A stretch of 64,000 bases of DNA from an uncultured bacterium (GTDB taxonomy: Bacteria > Verrucomicrobiota > Verrucomicrobiia > Verrucomicrobiales > DEV007): assembly GCA_963977015.1 (NCBI GenBank), contig CAXBMO010000011.1, forward strand, positions 32,001-96,000. The letters run 5' to 3'. Below the pieces are notes generated by a model, which was given only the letters and a program-made list of their open reading frames with translations, did not search any database and had not been told where the DNA came from. Shown here piece by piece: positions 47,787 through 58,043 of this stretch. Position numbers and translations under genes: made by a program. Within the stretch, counting starts at the first letter, position 1, and each line of letters starts with the position of its first letter.

Positions 47787-50294
47787 ATGAAAAACTCCTT
47801 CGCCCTTCTTCTGTTTGCTTGGCTGACAGCGATTCCGCTGTGGGCTCAAGACAAAGCTCCCGCGCTAAAACTCGCCACCGTGTTTGGCGATCACATGGTG
47901 CTTCAACAAGGTAAGCCAACCTCCATCTTCGGGAGTGCTGCGCCGAACGGCCCGGTGACCGTGAAATTCGCGGGTCAAACCCATCAAACCAAGGCGGACG
48001 GCAAGGGAGAATGGAGCGTGACGTTGAATCCGCTGAAGACCAACAAAGTGGGCCAGGCTCTTACGGTTTCGGCCGGTGGGGAATCCGCGAAACTCAGCGA
48101 TATTCTGGTTGGCGAAGTCTGGATGTGTTCCGGCCAATCCAACATGGCGTGGCGACTGAGCCAAACCACGGATTGGGAGAAAGCCGCAGCGGGGGCGAAG
48201 TTTCCTCAGATCAGACTTTTCACGACCCCAACCTCGACGGCAAAATCGCCTCAACGGGACGTGCTTGGTGGAACCTGGCAAATTTGCTCGCCCGAAACGG
48301 CCCCCAATTTTTCCGGTGTTGGTTATCACTTTGGCCGTCAGCTGCATCAGAAGCTCGATGTTCCGATTGGAATGGTCTGCACGGCGTGGGGCGGCAAGCC
48401 GTCGGAAGCCTTCACGAGCCGGGAAATGCTCGAAAGTGTGAGCACCGCACAGAAGCTGTTGGATGATTGGGATGCGCGCCAAAAAGCCTACAATCCAACG
48501 CAGGCCAAAGCCAATTTTGAAAAGGCGCTCGCCGCGTGGGAGAAAAAAGTCGCTGAAATGCGCGCTGCCGCCAAGGAGTCAGGCAAGCCGGTTGCGAGAT
48601 TTCCCCGGAGACCCGCCACGCCGATGGAACCGTATCTTCAGTCGAATTGCCCGACCGCCATCTACAATCAAATGATTGCGCCCTGGAATCCGGTCGCGAT
48701 TGCCGGAGCCATTTGGTATCAGGGCGAATCCAATGCCTCGCGTGCTCGACAGTATGAGACGATTTTCCCGGCCATGATCCAGGATTGGAGAAATCAGCGG
48801 AACGATGCGATTCCCTTCCATCTTGTTCAGTTGGCGAATTTTAGGGCCCCCTCAACCGAACCCGGCCGTCCCGATTCCTGGGCGGAACTCCAGAACGCGC
48901 AAACCTTGACCCTGAAGAAGCAGGTCAAGACCGGGATGGCGATCATTAACGACATTGGCGAAGCCAACGACATTCATCCCCGGAATAAGAAGGACGTGGG
49001 AGAGCGTCTCGCGCGTTGGGCTCTCGCCAACGATTACGGCAAAGAAGTCGATGTGATTTCCGGTCCCATTTATTCTGGTCACGAGATTGTTCCCGGAGGA
49101 ATTCGCGTCCAGTTCGACTACACGGGCGAGGGCCTCGCTTCTCGCGATGGCAAGCCGCTCGCCCGGTTCGAGATTGCGGGCAAGGATCAGAAATGGCATT
49201 GGGCCGATGTTTCCATTGAGGAAGGCGGCAAGAGCATTTTCGCCACCAGCCTCGACGTGTTGGATCCGGTTGCAGTTCGCTATGCGTGGGCCGCCAATCC
49301 GGAAGGCGCAAACCTGGTCAACTCTGCAGGATTGCCCGCCTCCCTCTTCCGCACCGATGACTGGCCGCTTTCGACCGATGCGTCCGGAATGTATCCGAAG
49401 GAAGAGCGAATGAAGCGACTGCTGGAGCGGAGAAAAGAGGCGGCGAAAACGCCGGCGACTCCGGTTGTGGCCAAAGTGGAGGCGAAACCCGCCGCCAAGT
49501 CCGAGCCCGCAAAACCCGCGGCCAAGTCCGAGCCCGCGAAACCGGCTCCCGCCAAGTCCATGCCTGCGAAACCGGCTCCCGCCAAGGTCGTCCCGAAACC
49601 AGCTCCCGCCAAAACCGAGCCGAAGCCGGAACCCAAAAAGCCCGAGCCGAAGACTGCCGACAACACGAATCGGATTCACGAGAACCTCAAGAAAGCGGGC
49701 TGGGAAGTGCTCTTCAACGGCACGGACACCAAAGGTTGGAAGAATCCCTATGATTACGGCAAAATCGAAGTGAAGAACGGCGAGATTCACCTCACTTCCG
49801 ATAAGAAATTCTTTCTCGTGACCGAGAAGACCTACGGCGACTTTCAGCTCACGGCCGAGATTCATCTTCCAGAAGGTAAGGCGAATTCGGGTGTCATGTT
49901 TCGCTGCCACGTCGAACCGGGAAATGTTTACGGTTACCAGGCTGAGTGCGATGGGTCGGAGCGTCGGTGGTCCGGCGGACTTTACGATGAAGCGCGTCGC
50001 GGCTGGATCTGGCCAAGCCAAACCGGTCGCACCAAAGAGGAAAAGTTTCTTGCTCACGAAGAGGAAAGCCAAGCCTTCATGAAACGCCCTGAAGTCGCCG
50101 GCGCGCTCAAGCGCAACGGTTGGAACAAGTATCAGATCACCTGCAAAGGCAACCGCATCCAAATCCGCGTGAACAACGTCCTCATCACCAACATCGAGGA
50201 CGACACCGACGCCCAAGGCCACATCGGCATCCAGCATCACGGAGAGAAAGGCGCGGTTTACCGGTTCCGGAACATCTACCTGAAGCCGTTGTAG
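47787..50294 (+). CDS. Sialate O-acetylesterase-family (SGNH) domain + Pro/Ala/Lys linker + DUF1080 domain
   Basis: FGDHMVLQ, GEVWMCSGQSNM, WYQGESN, DIHPRNK; C-terminal LFNG..TKGW...NSGVMFR...GYQ...WN.Y.I...GHIGIQHH...FRNI. Confidence 0.9.
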   Translation: MKNSFALLLFAWLTAIPLWAQDKAPALKLATVFGDHMVLQQGKPTSIFGSAAPNGPVTVKFAGQTHQTKADGKGEWSVTLNPLKTNKVGQALTVSAGGESAKLSDILVGEVWMCSGQSNMAWRLSQTTDWEKAAAGAKFPQIRLFTTPTSTAKSPQRDVLGGTWQICSPETAPNFSGVGYHFGRQLHQKLDVPIGMVCTAWGGKPSEAFTSREMLESVSTAQKLLDDWDARQKAYNPTQAKANFEKALAAWEKKVAEMRAAAKESGKPVARFPRRPATPMEPYLQSNCPTAIYNQMIAPWNPVAIAGAIWYQGESNASRARQYETIFPAMIQDWRNQRNDAIPFHLVQLANFRAPSTEPGRPDSWAELQNAQTLTLKKQVKTGMAIINDIGEANDIHPRNKKDVGERLARWALANDYGKEVDVISGPIYSGHEIVPGGIRVQFDYTGEGLASRDGKPLARFEIAGKDQKWHWADVSIEEGGKSIFATSLDVLDPVAVRYAWAANPEGANLVNSAGLPASLFRTDDWPLSTDASGMYPKEERMKRLLERRKEAAKTPATPVVAKVEAKPAAKSEPAKPAAKSEPAKPAPAKSMPAKPAPAKVVPKPAPAKTEPKPEPKKPEPKTADNTNRIHENLKKAGWEVLFNGTDTKGWKNPYDYGKIEVKNGEIHLTSDKKFFLVTEKTYGDFQLTAEIHLPEGKANSGVMFRCHVEPGNVYGYQAECDGSERRWSGGLYDEARRGWIWPSQTGRTKEEKFLAHEEESQAFMKRPEVAGALKRNGWNKYQITCKGNRIQIRVNNVLITNIEDDTDAQGHIGIQHHGEKGAVYRFRNIYLKPL
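49482..49660 (+). repeat. Degenerate 27-30 bp tandem repeats encoding an AKPA-type linker
   Basis: Near-identical 27-mers at 49482-49508 and 49509-49535; GCGAAACCGGCTCCCGCCAAG repeated at 49536 and 49566. Confidence 0.8.
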
Positions 50295-50427
50295 ATGCGA
50301 CATCTCCGCTTTTGAATTGCGGAAAAGAGAGCGAGATTAGGGCTTGGCTTTCGGGGAATGGTTTCCCGTGGCCATCTCGGATGGCTTCGTAACGAGAGCC
50401 AACTCCGGTCGTCTAGAACTTCGAGTC

Positions 50428-52113
50428 ATGTCCCTGATCCCTCTCCTCACGAAAATCGCCCTCGAATCTGGCTGCCCGGATCGTCACCGTTGTGAGGAGA
50501 CGTTGCAGACGGCTCAGTCGCGGCAAGCTTCGCTGGTGGAGGCCTTGGTGGAGGCCGATCTGGTTGAGGAAACCGCTTTCGCCCAGAACCTGGCCAAAGC
50601 CACGGGGCTGGAGTTCCTCGCCGAAAGCGAGTTGGATCTGAGCCAGCCGCTTCACAACAAGTTCCCCGCGAAGTTGGCGCTGCGGCACCGCATTCTTCCC
50701 GGCCGGATGAACGGGACCGATGTTTGTCTGCTCACCTACGATCCGTTCGATCTGGAGGCGAAACAGGCGGTCGGCCAGGAACTGAGCAAAAACGTGACCT
50801 GGGCGATGACGACGCGCTACCAGGTCCTGGAGTCGCTCCGAATCGGCTATGGCGTCGGGGCGGAGGATTTCGATGAAATGATCGAGGGCCGCGAGGAAGT
50901 CGAGGACGATGAAATGAAGCAGGAGGTCAGCATTCTCGACGAAGAGGATGAGGAGGCCAGCGTCATGAAATTCGTGAATCAGGTTTTTCGCGAAGCGCTC
51001 AAGGAACGGGCCACCGATATTCACGTTGAGCCGCTCGAGGAAGGGCTGCGCATTCGCTATCGCATCGATGGATCGCTTCAGGAAGTCACCGTGCCACCGA
51101 ATATCCGCGTTCTGCAAAGTTCGCTCATTTCCCGCCTCAAAATCATGGCACAGTTGGATATCGCCGAGCGTCGCCTGCCGCAGGATGGCCGGATCAACCT
51201 GATTCTCGATGGCGATCCCATTGACGTTCGGGTTGCGACGATTCCCAGCGTGAATGGCGAAAGCGTCAGCCTGCGTCTGCTCTCGCGCCAGAAGTTCGAT
51301 TTTTCGATGCTCGGCTTGGATCAAAAAGCCGAAGCCACGATTCGCGAATTGTTGGCTGCTCCCAACGGGATCATTCTCGTGACCGGGCCAACCGGTTCCG
51401 GAAAATCGACCACGCTCTACACCTTTCTTCGCCAGCTCAATACCAAGGATCGCCGGATCGTCACAATCGAGGATCCGGTCGAGAACAAGCTGGATGGCGT
51501 CGTCCAGATTGCGGTGAAACCCGAGATCGATCTCACGTTTGCCGTCGGTCTCCGCTCCATTTTGCGGGGGGATCCGAACGTCATCATGGTCGGGGAAATG
51601 CGGGACCTGGAAACGACGGAAATTGCGGTGCGCGGCGCCCTGACCGGTCACCTCGTTTTCAGCACGCTCCACACGAATGACGCCGTTGGTGGCATTTCGC
51701 GACTGCTCGACATGGGGGTTGAACCCTTCCTCATCGCGTCCTCGGTGCGGGCCTTTCTGGCGCAACGCCTCGTTCGCACCCTGTGCGATCATTGCAAGGA
51801 ACCCGCGAGCTTTGAAGACTCCTACCTCAGCAGTATTGGCTTTCCCCTGGAGTGGAAGGACCAGATCAAGCAGGCCAAAGGCTGCCGTGCCTGCCGCGAT
51901 ACCGGATTTCGCGGGCGAATGGCCATTCTCGAGATTTGTCGCGTGACGCCAGCCCTGCAGGAGCTCATCACGCAGAATCGTCCCAACGCCGAATTGAAGA
52001 ATCAAGCCATTAAGGACGGGATGACTCAGTTGCGGCCCTACGGCTGGATGAAAGTCGCCGAGGGACGCACCACGATTGAAGAAGTGATCACAAACACGGC
52101 GGAAGCGGGGTAA
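50428..52113 (+). CDS. GspE/PulE/PilB-family secretion ATPase
   Basis: ATDIHVEP, ERRLPQDGR, GPTGSGKSTT, TIEDPVE, DPNVIMVGEMRD, TGHLVFSTLHTN, two CxxC motifs. Confidence 0.95.
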   Translation: MSLIPLLTKIALESGCPDRHRCEETLQTAQSRQASLVEALVEADLVEETAFAQNLAKATGLEFLAESELDLSQPLHNKFPAKLALRHRILPGRMNGTDVCLLTYDPFDLEAKQAVGQELSKNVTWAMTTRYQVLESLRIGYGVGAEDFDEMIEGREEVEDDEMKQEVSILDEEDEEASVMKFVNQVFREALKERATDIHVEPLEEGLRIRYRIDGSLQEVTVPPNIRVLQSSLISRLKIMAQLDIAERRLPQDGRINLILDGDPIDVRVATIPSVNGESVSLRLLSRQKFDFSMLGLDQKAEATIRELLAAPNGIILVTGPTGSGKSTTLYTFLRQLNTKDRRIVTIEDPVENKLDGVVQIAVKPEIDLTFAVGLRSILRGDPNVIMVGEMRDLETTEIAVRGALTGHLVFSTLHTNDAVGGISRLLDMGVEPFLIASSVRAFLAQRLVRTLCDHCKEPASFEDSYLSSIGFPLEWKDQIKQAKGCRACRDTGFRGRMAILEICRVTPALQELITQNRPNAELKNQAIKDGMTQLRPYGWMKVAEGRTTIEEVITNTAEAG

Positions 52114-52197
52114 CCCGCGACAAAAGGCGCATACTTCCCGAGCTTTCGAGCTTGCCTTCCCGCGATCCCTTCGCTTGGCTGGCACCTGATGGCCCCC

Positions 52198-53346
52198 ATG
52201 TCAGGAACTCGCAAAAAAGTGGTTGTTCTCGGTTCGACCGGATCAATTGGAGATAGCGCGTGCAAAGTCGCCCGCGACATTCCGGATCGGATGGAGTTGG
52301 TGGGCCTTGCCGCCCATCGTTCGGTCGAAAAAATCAACGCGCAGGCGCGGGAATTTGGCGTGGATCACGTTGCTCTCGTCGATGAGTCGCTCGCTTCGCA
52401 GATTGAGGCGTCCCATCCCCATTCGGGAGAGGAAGGCTTGGTCGAACTCGCGACGTTGCCGGAAGCGGATCTCGTCCTGATCGCGATTGTCGGGACCGGC
52501 GGATTGCGTCCGGCTCTCGCCGCGCTCGAAGCGGGCAAAGACATCGCGGTCGCGAGCAAAGAGATTCTCGTGATGGCGGGCGAAGCCGTGATGGAAGCCG
52601 CCAAGCGCAACGGTTGCCGCGTTCTTCCCGTTGATAGCGAGCACAACGCCATTTTTCAGTGTCTCGAAGACCGCAAGCCGGAAGATGTTCGCCGTATCAT
52701 CCTCACCGCATCGGGCGGCCCGTTTCGGCAAACCTCAGCCGCGGATTTGGCTGCGGTTACCGTGGAGCAGGCGCTCAACCATCCCACCTGGGAAATGGGG
52801 CCCAAAATCACGATCGATTCGGCGACGCTCTTCAACAAAGGGCTCGAGATGATCGAGGCGCGTTGGCTCTTCGATGTCGAAATGGATCGCGTCGACGTCA
52901 TCGTCCATCCCCAGAGCATCGTTCACTCCATGGTCGAATTCATCGATCACTCGATCCTCGCGCAATTGAGCTACAGCGACATGTGTTTCCCGATCCAATA
53001 CGCAGTCACCTGGCCCGACCGCGTTCCCAATTCTCTCGACCCGCTCGATTTCGCGAAACTGGCCAAGCTGGATTTTGAAGCTCCCCGGTTCGAGGACTTT
53101 CCCGCCCTCGGCTTGGCGCGCCAGGCAGGCGAAGAAGGCGGCACGCTCCCCGCCGTCATGAACGCCGCCAACGAAATCGCCGTCGCACGCTTTCTCGACG
53201 GCAAATCGGCCTTCCCCGCGATCTGGGAAACCGTCGGAGCGGTCATGGACGCCCACGAAAACGTCGAGCACCCGACTCTGAAGCAAATCCTCGAAGCCGA
53301 TCGGTGGGCGCGAGAGCAGGCGACCGATTTTCCACCTGGCACCTGA
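52198..53346 (+). CDS. dxr: 1-deoxy-D-xylulose-5-phosphate reductoisomerase
   Basis: LGSTGSIG, LPVDSEHNAIFQ, LTASGGPF, HPTWEMGPKITIDSATLFNKGLE. Confidence 0.98.
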   Translation: MSGTRKKVVVLGSTGSIGDSACKVARDIPDRMELVGLAAHRSVEKINAQAREFGVDHVALVDESLASQIEASHPHSGEEGLVELATLPEADLVLIAIVGTGGLRPALAALEAGKDIAVASKEILVMAGEAVMEAAKRNGCRVLPVDSEHNAIFQCLEDRKPEDVRRIILTASGGPFRQTSAADLAAVTVEQALNHPTWEMGPKITIDSATLFNKGLEMIEARWLFDVEMDRVDVIVHPQSIVHSMVEFIDHSILAQLSYSDMCFPIQYAVTWPDRVPNSLDPLDFAKLAKLDFEAPRFEDFPALGLARQAGEEGGTLPAVMNAANEIAVARFLDGKSAFPAIWETVGAVMDAHENVEHPTLKQILEADRWAREQATDFPPGT

Positions 53347-53401
53347 CTCTTTACCGCAAAATTCTTAAGAAATTGTGGGGCGGGGCAAAGATGTTTTCTG
53401 C

Positions 53402-53637
53402 ATGAATAAACCTACAAAACCGCTTTCATTCGGCCTATTCGTTTTAGTCCTGCACTCTTTCGCTTTCGCAGGAGATTACCACGTGGCAACGGATAGCTCG
53501 GATCGGAACTCCGATTTGGAAGAGCAACCATTTCGACGATTGCCAAGAAATCGGAACCGCCAACACAGCCGGGTGACCGAATTGTTCTTCATCAAGGGCT
53601 CTATCTTCCAACTGCCCTACTAAATCTCAGTAGGTGA
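53402..53637 (+). pseudogene. Frameshifted, truncated remnant of a secreted right-handed beta-helix (DUF1565-like) protein
   Basis: Signal peptide + YHVATDSSDRN...QPFR; after a 1-nt shift near 53536 it continues IAK...QPGDRIVLHQGLY, then stops at 53635-53637. Confidence 0.65.
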
Positions 53638-53902
53638 GGAACGTAGGGGCAGACCTTTGGGTTGATGGATGCAAAAGGGTAGGCTGTGACTAAAGTGTTG
53701 GGAATTTTGAGCCGAATTGCGTTTGATGGCAAACGATAGGCAGACTATTCAGGTAGTAGAAACGTAATCTTTTCGGCCCATAAAATACATTGCGGTTATA
53801 AATCGAGTTGAAAAATTTCCAATTTTCGACAAACTTGTAAAGATTTGCAAACTGGGCCAGACAGATATGCCGCTACAAAGGTTAGTAAGTCATGAACTCC
53901 CA

Positions 53903-54385
53903 ATGAATCCCTTAATCTATCGGACCAACGTCGAGACACTCTCAGAGAACAAGTCTGACGCAATTTTTCATAATCGCAGCGCATTTCACGCGGAAATCGT
54001 GTATGAAGCTCTGTTTGATTACGCTAAAAGCTCCATAAATATTTTTTGCGAATCACTCGATGATCGCGTTTTTGGATCCGATCGGGTTTTGAAGGCGACA
54101 ACTCGTGCAATCCAACGCAGTGTGCGAATCTCCGTCATATATCAGGATCGATCTGCGGAAGATTCGCGTTTTTTTAAGAAATTCAACAATTACAATGGTT
54201 TGCATAAGGTCTCTCTAAAGTTTGCACCAGAGCATCTGCGGGAACAGGCCGGGAATTTCGCAGTTGTTGACAGCCGTGCCTTTCGCCTAGAACCAGATAA
54301 GTCCACATGCGAGGCTTTTGTTTCGTTCAATCGACCGGCACTCGCCGAAGAACTCGAGCACTTCTTCAAAAAAAATCTAACCTAG
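53903..54385 (+). CDS. Hypothetical protein, PLD-like fold without an HKD motif
   Basis: ALFDYAKSSINIF...L...VF...VRISVI...NFAVVDSRAFR...FN....EL..FF pattern; AT-rich; start could be 53867. Confidence 0.6.
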   Translation: MNPLIYRTNVETLSENKSDAIFHNRSAFHAEIVYEALFDYAKSSINIFCESLDDRVFGSDRVLKATTRAIQRSVRISVIYQDRSAEDSRFFKKFNNYNGLHKVSLKFAPEHLREQAGNFAVVDSRAFRLEPDKSTCEAFVSFNRPALAEELEHFFKKNLT

Positions 54386-54389
54386 GAAC

Positions 54390-54938
54390 GTGCAGATGTT
54401 TGGGCTGGAGTTTGTGCCGCCGACATATGGCGGAGGAGGGTTCGTTGAGATTTCGGTAGGACTAAATGCAGCTCAGTTTGCGTGGTCCGGGTATAACAAA
54501 CGACTGCGAAGGGCGATCGCAAGGCACACCAGCTATCGCTCTGATATTGCACTCGATATGACTGCATATTTGCAGAGTAATGCAGTCAACCGCCTAACCA
54601 AGTTTCTTTTTTCGGTATACGGTTTTTGGGCGTTTCTTGCTCAGGGTTTCCACCAAATCATGTTTTGGTTGCTGAGGTGGATTGCTGCATTCAACGTCTT
54701 GTTGGGCCTTTTGCTTTTGTATTTTGGCATTGAATGGAAATATTGTTGGATACTTTTTGGCCCATCACTGATTTTGCCGATATTCGATTACTGTGGACAA
54801 CTTATCGTTGCGTTCTTCGCTTGGTGGTTTGCTTACGGCAATCTGCCTGATGATTTCAGGGAAAATTCCCAAGCGCTCGGAGTCATTGACACACTCAGAG
54901 ACCTTACAAGAGGCCTGGATGAGAATCAGCAATCATAG
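54390..54938 (+). CDS. Hypothetical membrane protein
   Basis: Several Trp/Phe-rich TM segments; starts 4 nt after the upstream stop; AT-rich. Confidence 0.6.
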   Translation: MQMFGLEFVPPTYGGGGFVEISVGLNAAQFAWSGYNKRLRRAIARHTSYRSDIALDMTAYLQSNAVNRLTKFLFSVYGFWAFLAQGFHQIMFWLLRWIAAFNVLLGLLLLYFGIEWKYCWILFGPSLILPIFDYCGQLIVAFFAWWFAYGNLPDDFRENSQALGVIDTLRDLTRGLDENQQS

Positions 54939-55098
54939 CAACTCCGCCGTTCCGACTCCTTAGGGGATATTTCTCAAGGTTCTTCTCAGCTGCGGTATTC
55001 CCAATGTTTCGAAGAGCGAGTTACTGCATTTTCACTAAAAAGCCGCCTTGTTCTACTACACTTGAACCCTTCGTAATCTGCCTCACAATGGTCGCCCC

Positions 55099-55551
55099 AT
55101 GGATGATGACCAAAATGCCCACCAGCAGTTTTCCACCTCCTGTTTCAACGGCGTTTGGGAGTTGCTCGAGAAGAAGGGTCGCTCCGAGGCGGATGACGAG
55201 ATGATGCGCGAGATGGCGCATGCGTCGCTGTTTCACTGGTTAAAGCGCGATGACTGCCGACCGCAGAATCTCTCGATCGGGTATTGGCAGCTTTCGCGGG
55301 TGTATGCGGCCTTGAGCAAAGCAGAGGCGGCTCGGGTTTACGGTGAGCGATGTCTCAAGGTCAGTGAGGATTTGCCACCGTTTTTCCTGGGGTATGCGCA
55401 CGAGGCGCTGGCGCGGGCCGCAAAAATCGGCGGAAAGGACGATGCATTCGCGGAACATCTCGCAACGGCGAAAACGCAGGCTGAGCAGGTCGAGAATGAG
55501 GAGGAACGTCAGCTTCTGGTGGCGGACTTGGCAGAGCTTGGCGAGAAGTGA
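55099..55551 (+). CDS. Conserved hypothetical helical (TPR-like) protein
   Basis: FNGVWELL...AHASLFHW...GYWQLSRVYA...YAHEALARA. Confidence 0.75.
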   Translation: MDDDQNAHQQFSTSCFNGVWELLEKKGRSEADDEMMREMAHASLFHWLKRDDCRPQNLSIGYWQLSRVYAALSKAEAARVYGERCLKVSEDLPPFFLGYAHEALARAAKIGGKDDAFAEHLATAKTQAEQVENEEERQLLVADLAELGEK

Positions 55552-55553
55552 GG

Positions 55554-56813
55554 ATGACCACGATTGGATCTTACTCTTTCGGAATGGGGGACCGCTTTGC
55601 GCATCAGGGCGAAGCTCAGCTGCAAGCTTGCCTCAAGGCGAAGGCGGAACTGGGCATCGATATGGTGCCGGTGTGGAACAAGTCGCACCGGGAGCACACC
55701 ACAATCGGCTCGAAACCGGCTTCGACCCGTGCGGCTGCCGATGCCGCAGTGGCGGCGTTGGGCTGGGAGACGCCCTATTTTGTCGATGCCGATCACATCA
55801 ATTTCGACACGGCGAAGCTGTTTGCCGATTCGAGCGACTTCTTCACCATCGACGTCGCGGATGCGATTGGGGAAGCTGCGGACGCGCAAATGGTAAAGGC
55901 GTTTGTGAGCCGGCATCCGGAATTGGTCGGCTCGATTGAGATTGCGGGAATTGCCGAGCCGCTGGAGATCTCGCAAGACGATGTGACCCGAATCGCGAAC
56001 CAGTTTTTGCTCGCAGTGATGGATGCGGGCCGGATTTATCGCCAGATTGAGGCGCTGAAAGGGAAGGGGAACTTCGTGACGGAGGTGAGTATGGACGAGA
56101 CGGATTCTCCACAGACGCCGCCCGAACTTCTCGTGATCCTGGCGGCGATCGCGGATCAGGATATTCCGGTGCAGACGATTGCGCCGAAGTTTACGGGGCG
56201 GTTTAACAAAGGCGTGGATTATGTGGGCGATGTGGCCCGGTTCGAGCAGGAATTTCGCGCGGACCTGGCGGTGATTGCCCACGCCGTCGCGGCTTACGGC
56301 CTGCCGTCAAATTTGAAACTCAGCGTCCATTCCGGCAGTGACAAGTTCTCGATCTACGCGCCGATCCGTCGCGCGTTGAAGGATACCGGGGCTGGAATTC
56401 ACCTGAAGACGGCGGGAACGACCTGGCTCGAAGAGTTGATTGGTTTGGCTGAAGCGGGCGGAGCCGGTTTGGAGCTGGCGAAAGAGGTTTACCGCGAGGC
56501 GATGGCGAATCAGGAAGCGCTTTGTGCGCCCTATGCCTCCGTGATCGACATCGATCCGGCGCAGCTTCCATCAGCTGATGAGGTGGACGGCTGGAGTTCG
56601 GAGCAATATCAGAACGCGCTGCGTCACGATCCCGATTGCGCGGAGTTTAACCCGCATCTTCGGCAATTACTCCACGTCGGCTACAAGATTGCCGCGCAGA
56701 TGGGCGATCGGTATTTGAATCTGCTGGAGGAGTTCGCGCCAACCATTGCCAGGAACGTGACCGAGAACCTATTCGATCGTCACCTGGTCCGGCTGTTTGG
56801 CTCGGAAAGTTGA
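55554..56813 (+). CDS. uxaE: Tagaturonate/fructuronate epimerase (UxaE family)
   Basis: SFGMGDRF, WNKSHREH, VDADHI, EVSMDET, FNKGVDY, SVHSGSDKFS, HLKTAGTTWLE. Confidence 0.88.
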   Translation: MTTIGSYSFGMGDRFAHQGEAQLQACLKAKAELGIDMVPVWNKSHREHTTIGSKPASTRAAADAAVAALGWETPYFVDADHINFDTAKLFADSSDFFTIDVADAIGEAADAQMVKAFVSRHPELVGSIEIAGIAEPLEISQDDVTRIANQFLLAVMDAGRIYRQIEALKGKGNFVTEVSMDETDSPQTPPELLVILAAIADQDIPVQTIAPKFTGRFNKGVDYVGDVARFEQEFRADLAVIAHAVAAYGLPSNLKLSVHSGSDKFSIYAPIRRALKDTGAGIHLKTAGTTWLEELIGLAEAGGAGLELAKEVYREAMANQEALCAPYASVIDIDPAQLPSADEVDGWSSEQYQNALRHDPDCAEFNPHLRQLLHVGYKIAAQMGDRYLNLLEEFAPTIARNVTENLFDRHLVRLFGSES

Positions 56814-56846
56814 TGATCTGGCGATGTCCTCGCTCAAGCGCAGGTG

Positions 56847-58043
56847 TCAACCGCGCAGGGCGGGGAGGGGAACGCTCTGGGCGAGGTGAGACGAACGGCT
56901 TTTGAGTTCCTCGAGAATCGGCGGAATCTGTTCCGTGGCAATCTCGTGAACTTCGAGAGCTTCCCCAATTCCGGTCACCATCGTGATGGTGAGGCGTCCG
57001 CCGAGGTGTTCGCGAAATTCCTCCAGGCCGCGTAGAATGGCGAGCTGATCTGCTTCGTGAGACTCCAAATCGCGGTCGTAGAGATGGAACCCGATGCGCT
57101 CAATCAGGTCGAGAATGCGGGCGCAGTCGGCTTCGCCGAGAAGACCGGTTCGGCGGGCATAAATCAGGTCGATCCCGATTCCAATGGCGACGGCTTCCCC
57201 GTGACCAACGCGGAATCCTGAAATTTGCTCGAGTTTGTGGGCGCTCCAATGGCCGAAATCGAGAGGGCGGGCGGATCCCAGTTCAAACGGATCGCCGCCC
57301 TTGGCGATGTGATTCATGTGAAGCTCGGCGCTGCGCCGAATCACCGCTTCGAGGGCGTCCTCTTCCAAATTGGCCAGTGCTTCCGCGTTTTCTTCAATGA
57401 ACTCGAAAAACGAGCGATCGCGGATGAGCGCCACCTTGATCGCCTCGATAATCCCGGCCCGACGCTGTGGCTTGGGGAGCGATTGGAGAAAGTTGACGTC
57501 GTTGATGATGGCAAATGGGACGGCGAACGCGCCAATCCAGTTTTTCTTCCCGAAGAAATTGACGCCGTTTTTGACGCCAACGCCTCCATCACCCTGGCTG
57601 AGCGTGGTGGTGGGGAAGCGAATATGTCGAACGCCGCGATGCGCTGTCGCGGCGGCAAAGCCGACCAAATCGAGAACCGCGCCTCCGCCAATCGCGATGA
57701 CGTAGGAGTGGCGGCAAATCTTGCCATCGTGGATCTCCTTCCAAATCTGCTCGACCAACGACCATTGGTTTTTGGAGGATTCGCCGCCGGGAAGGATGGT
57801 GGGCGAGGCGACGAGATCGAGCACATCCTGATGCTCTTGAAAGTAGGATTCGATCGAGGATACCAACTGCTGATTTCCGTGAAGCAGGCCGCGATCCACA
57901 AAAACGACGACTTTGGCGCGCGTTTGGCCCGGTTCGAGGGCGTCCGCGATCAGGTCGCGGAGGGTGTCGTTGCCTGGGGCGAACGCCATCCGGGTAAAGA
58001 TCGCGCGGTGTTCGTAATTCAGGGCGATGTTGCGGGAAATCAT
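56847..58043 (-). CDS. 3-dehydroquinate synthase-like sugar phosphate cyclase (EboD-type)
   Basis: PGGE..K, IGGGAVLD..G, HRG, PTT.LSQ.D.GVGVKN, DPFELGSARPLDFGHWSAHKLE, HGEAV. Confidence 0.88.
   Translation of the reverse strand: MISRNIALNYEHRAIFTRMAFAPGNDTLRDLIADALEPGQTRAKVVVFVDRGLLHGNQQLVSSIESYFQEHQDVLDLVASPTILPGGESSKNQWSLVEQIWKEIHDGKICRHSYVIAIGGGAVLDLVGFAAATAHRGVRHIRFPTTTLSQGDGGVGVKNGVNFFGKKNWIGAFAVPFAIINDVNFLQSLPKPQRRAGIIEAIKVALIRDRSFFEFIEENAEALANLEEDALEAVIRRSAELHMNHIAKGGDPFELGSARPLDFGHWSAHKLEQISGFRVGHGEAVAIGIGIDLIYARRTGLLGEADCARILDLIERIGFHLYDRDLESHEADQLAILRGLEEFREHLGGRLTITMVTGIGEALEVHEIATEQIPPILEELKSRSSHLAQSVPLPALRG

Noticed and set aside
49482-49660. Repeat array considered as CRISPR
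   Set aside because: In-frame coding repeats without unique spacers; no cas genes or CRISPR array found in the window
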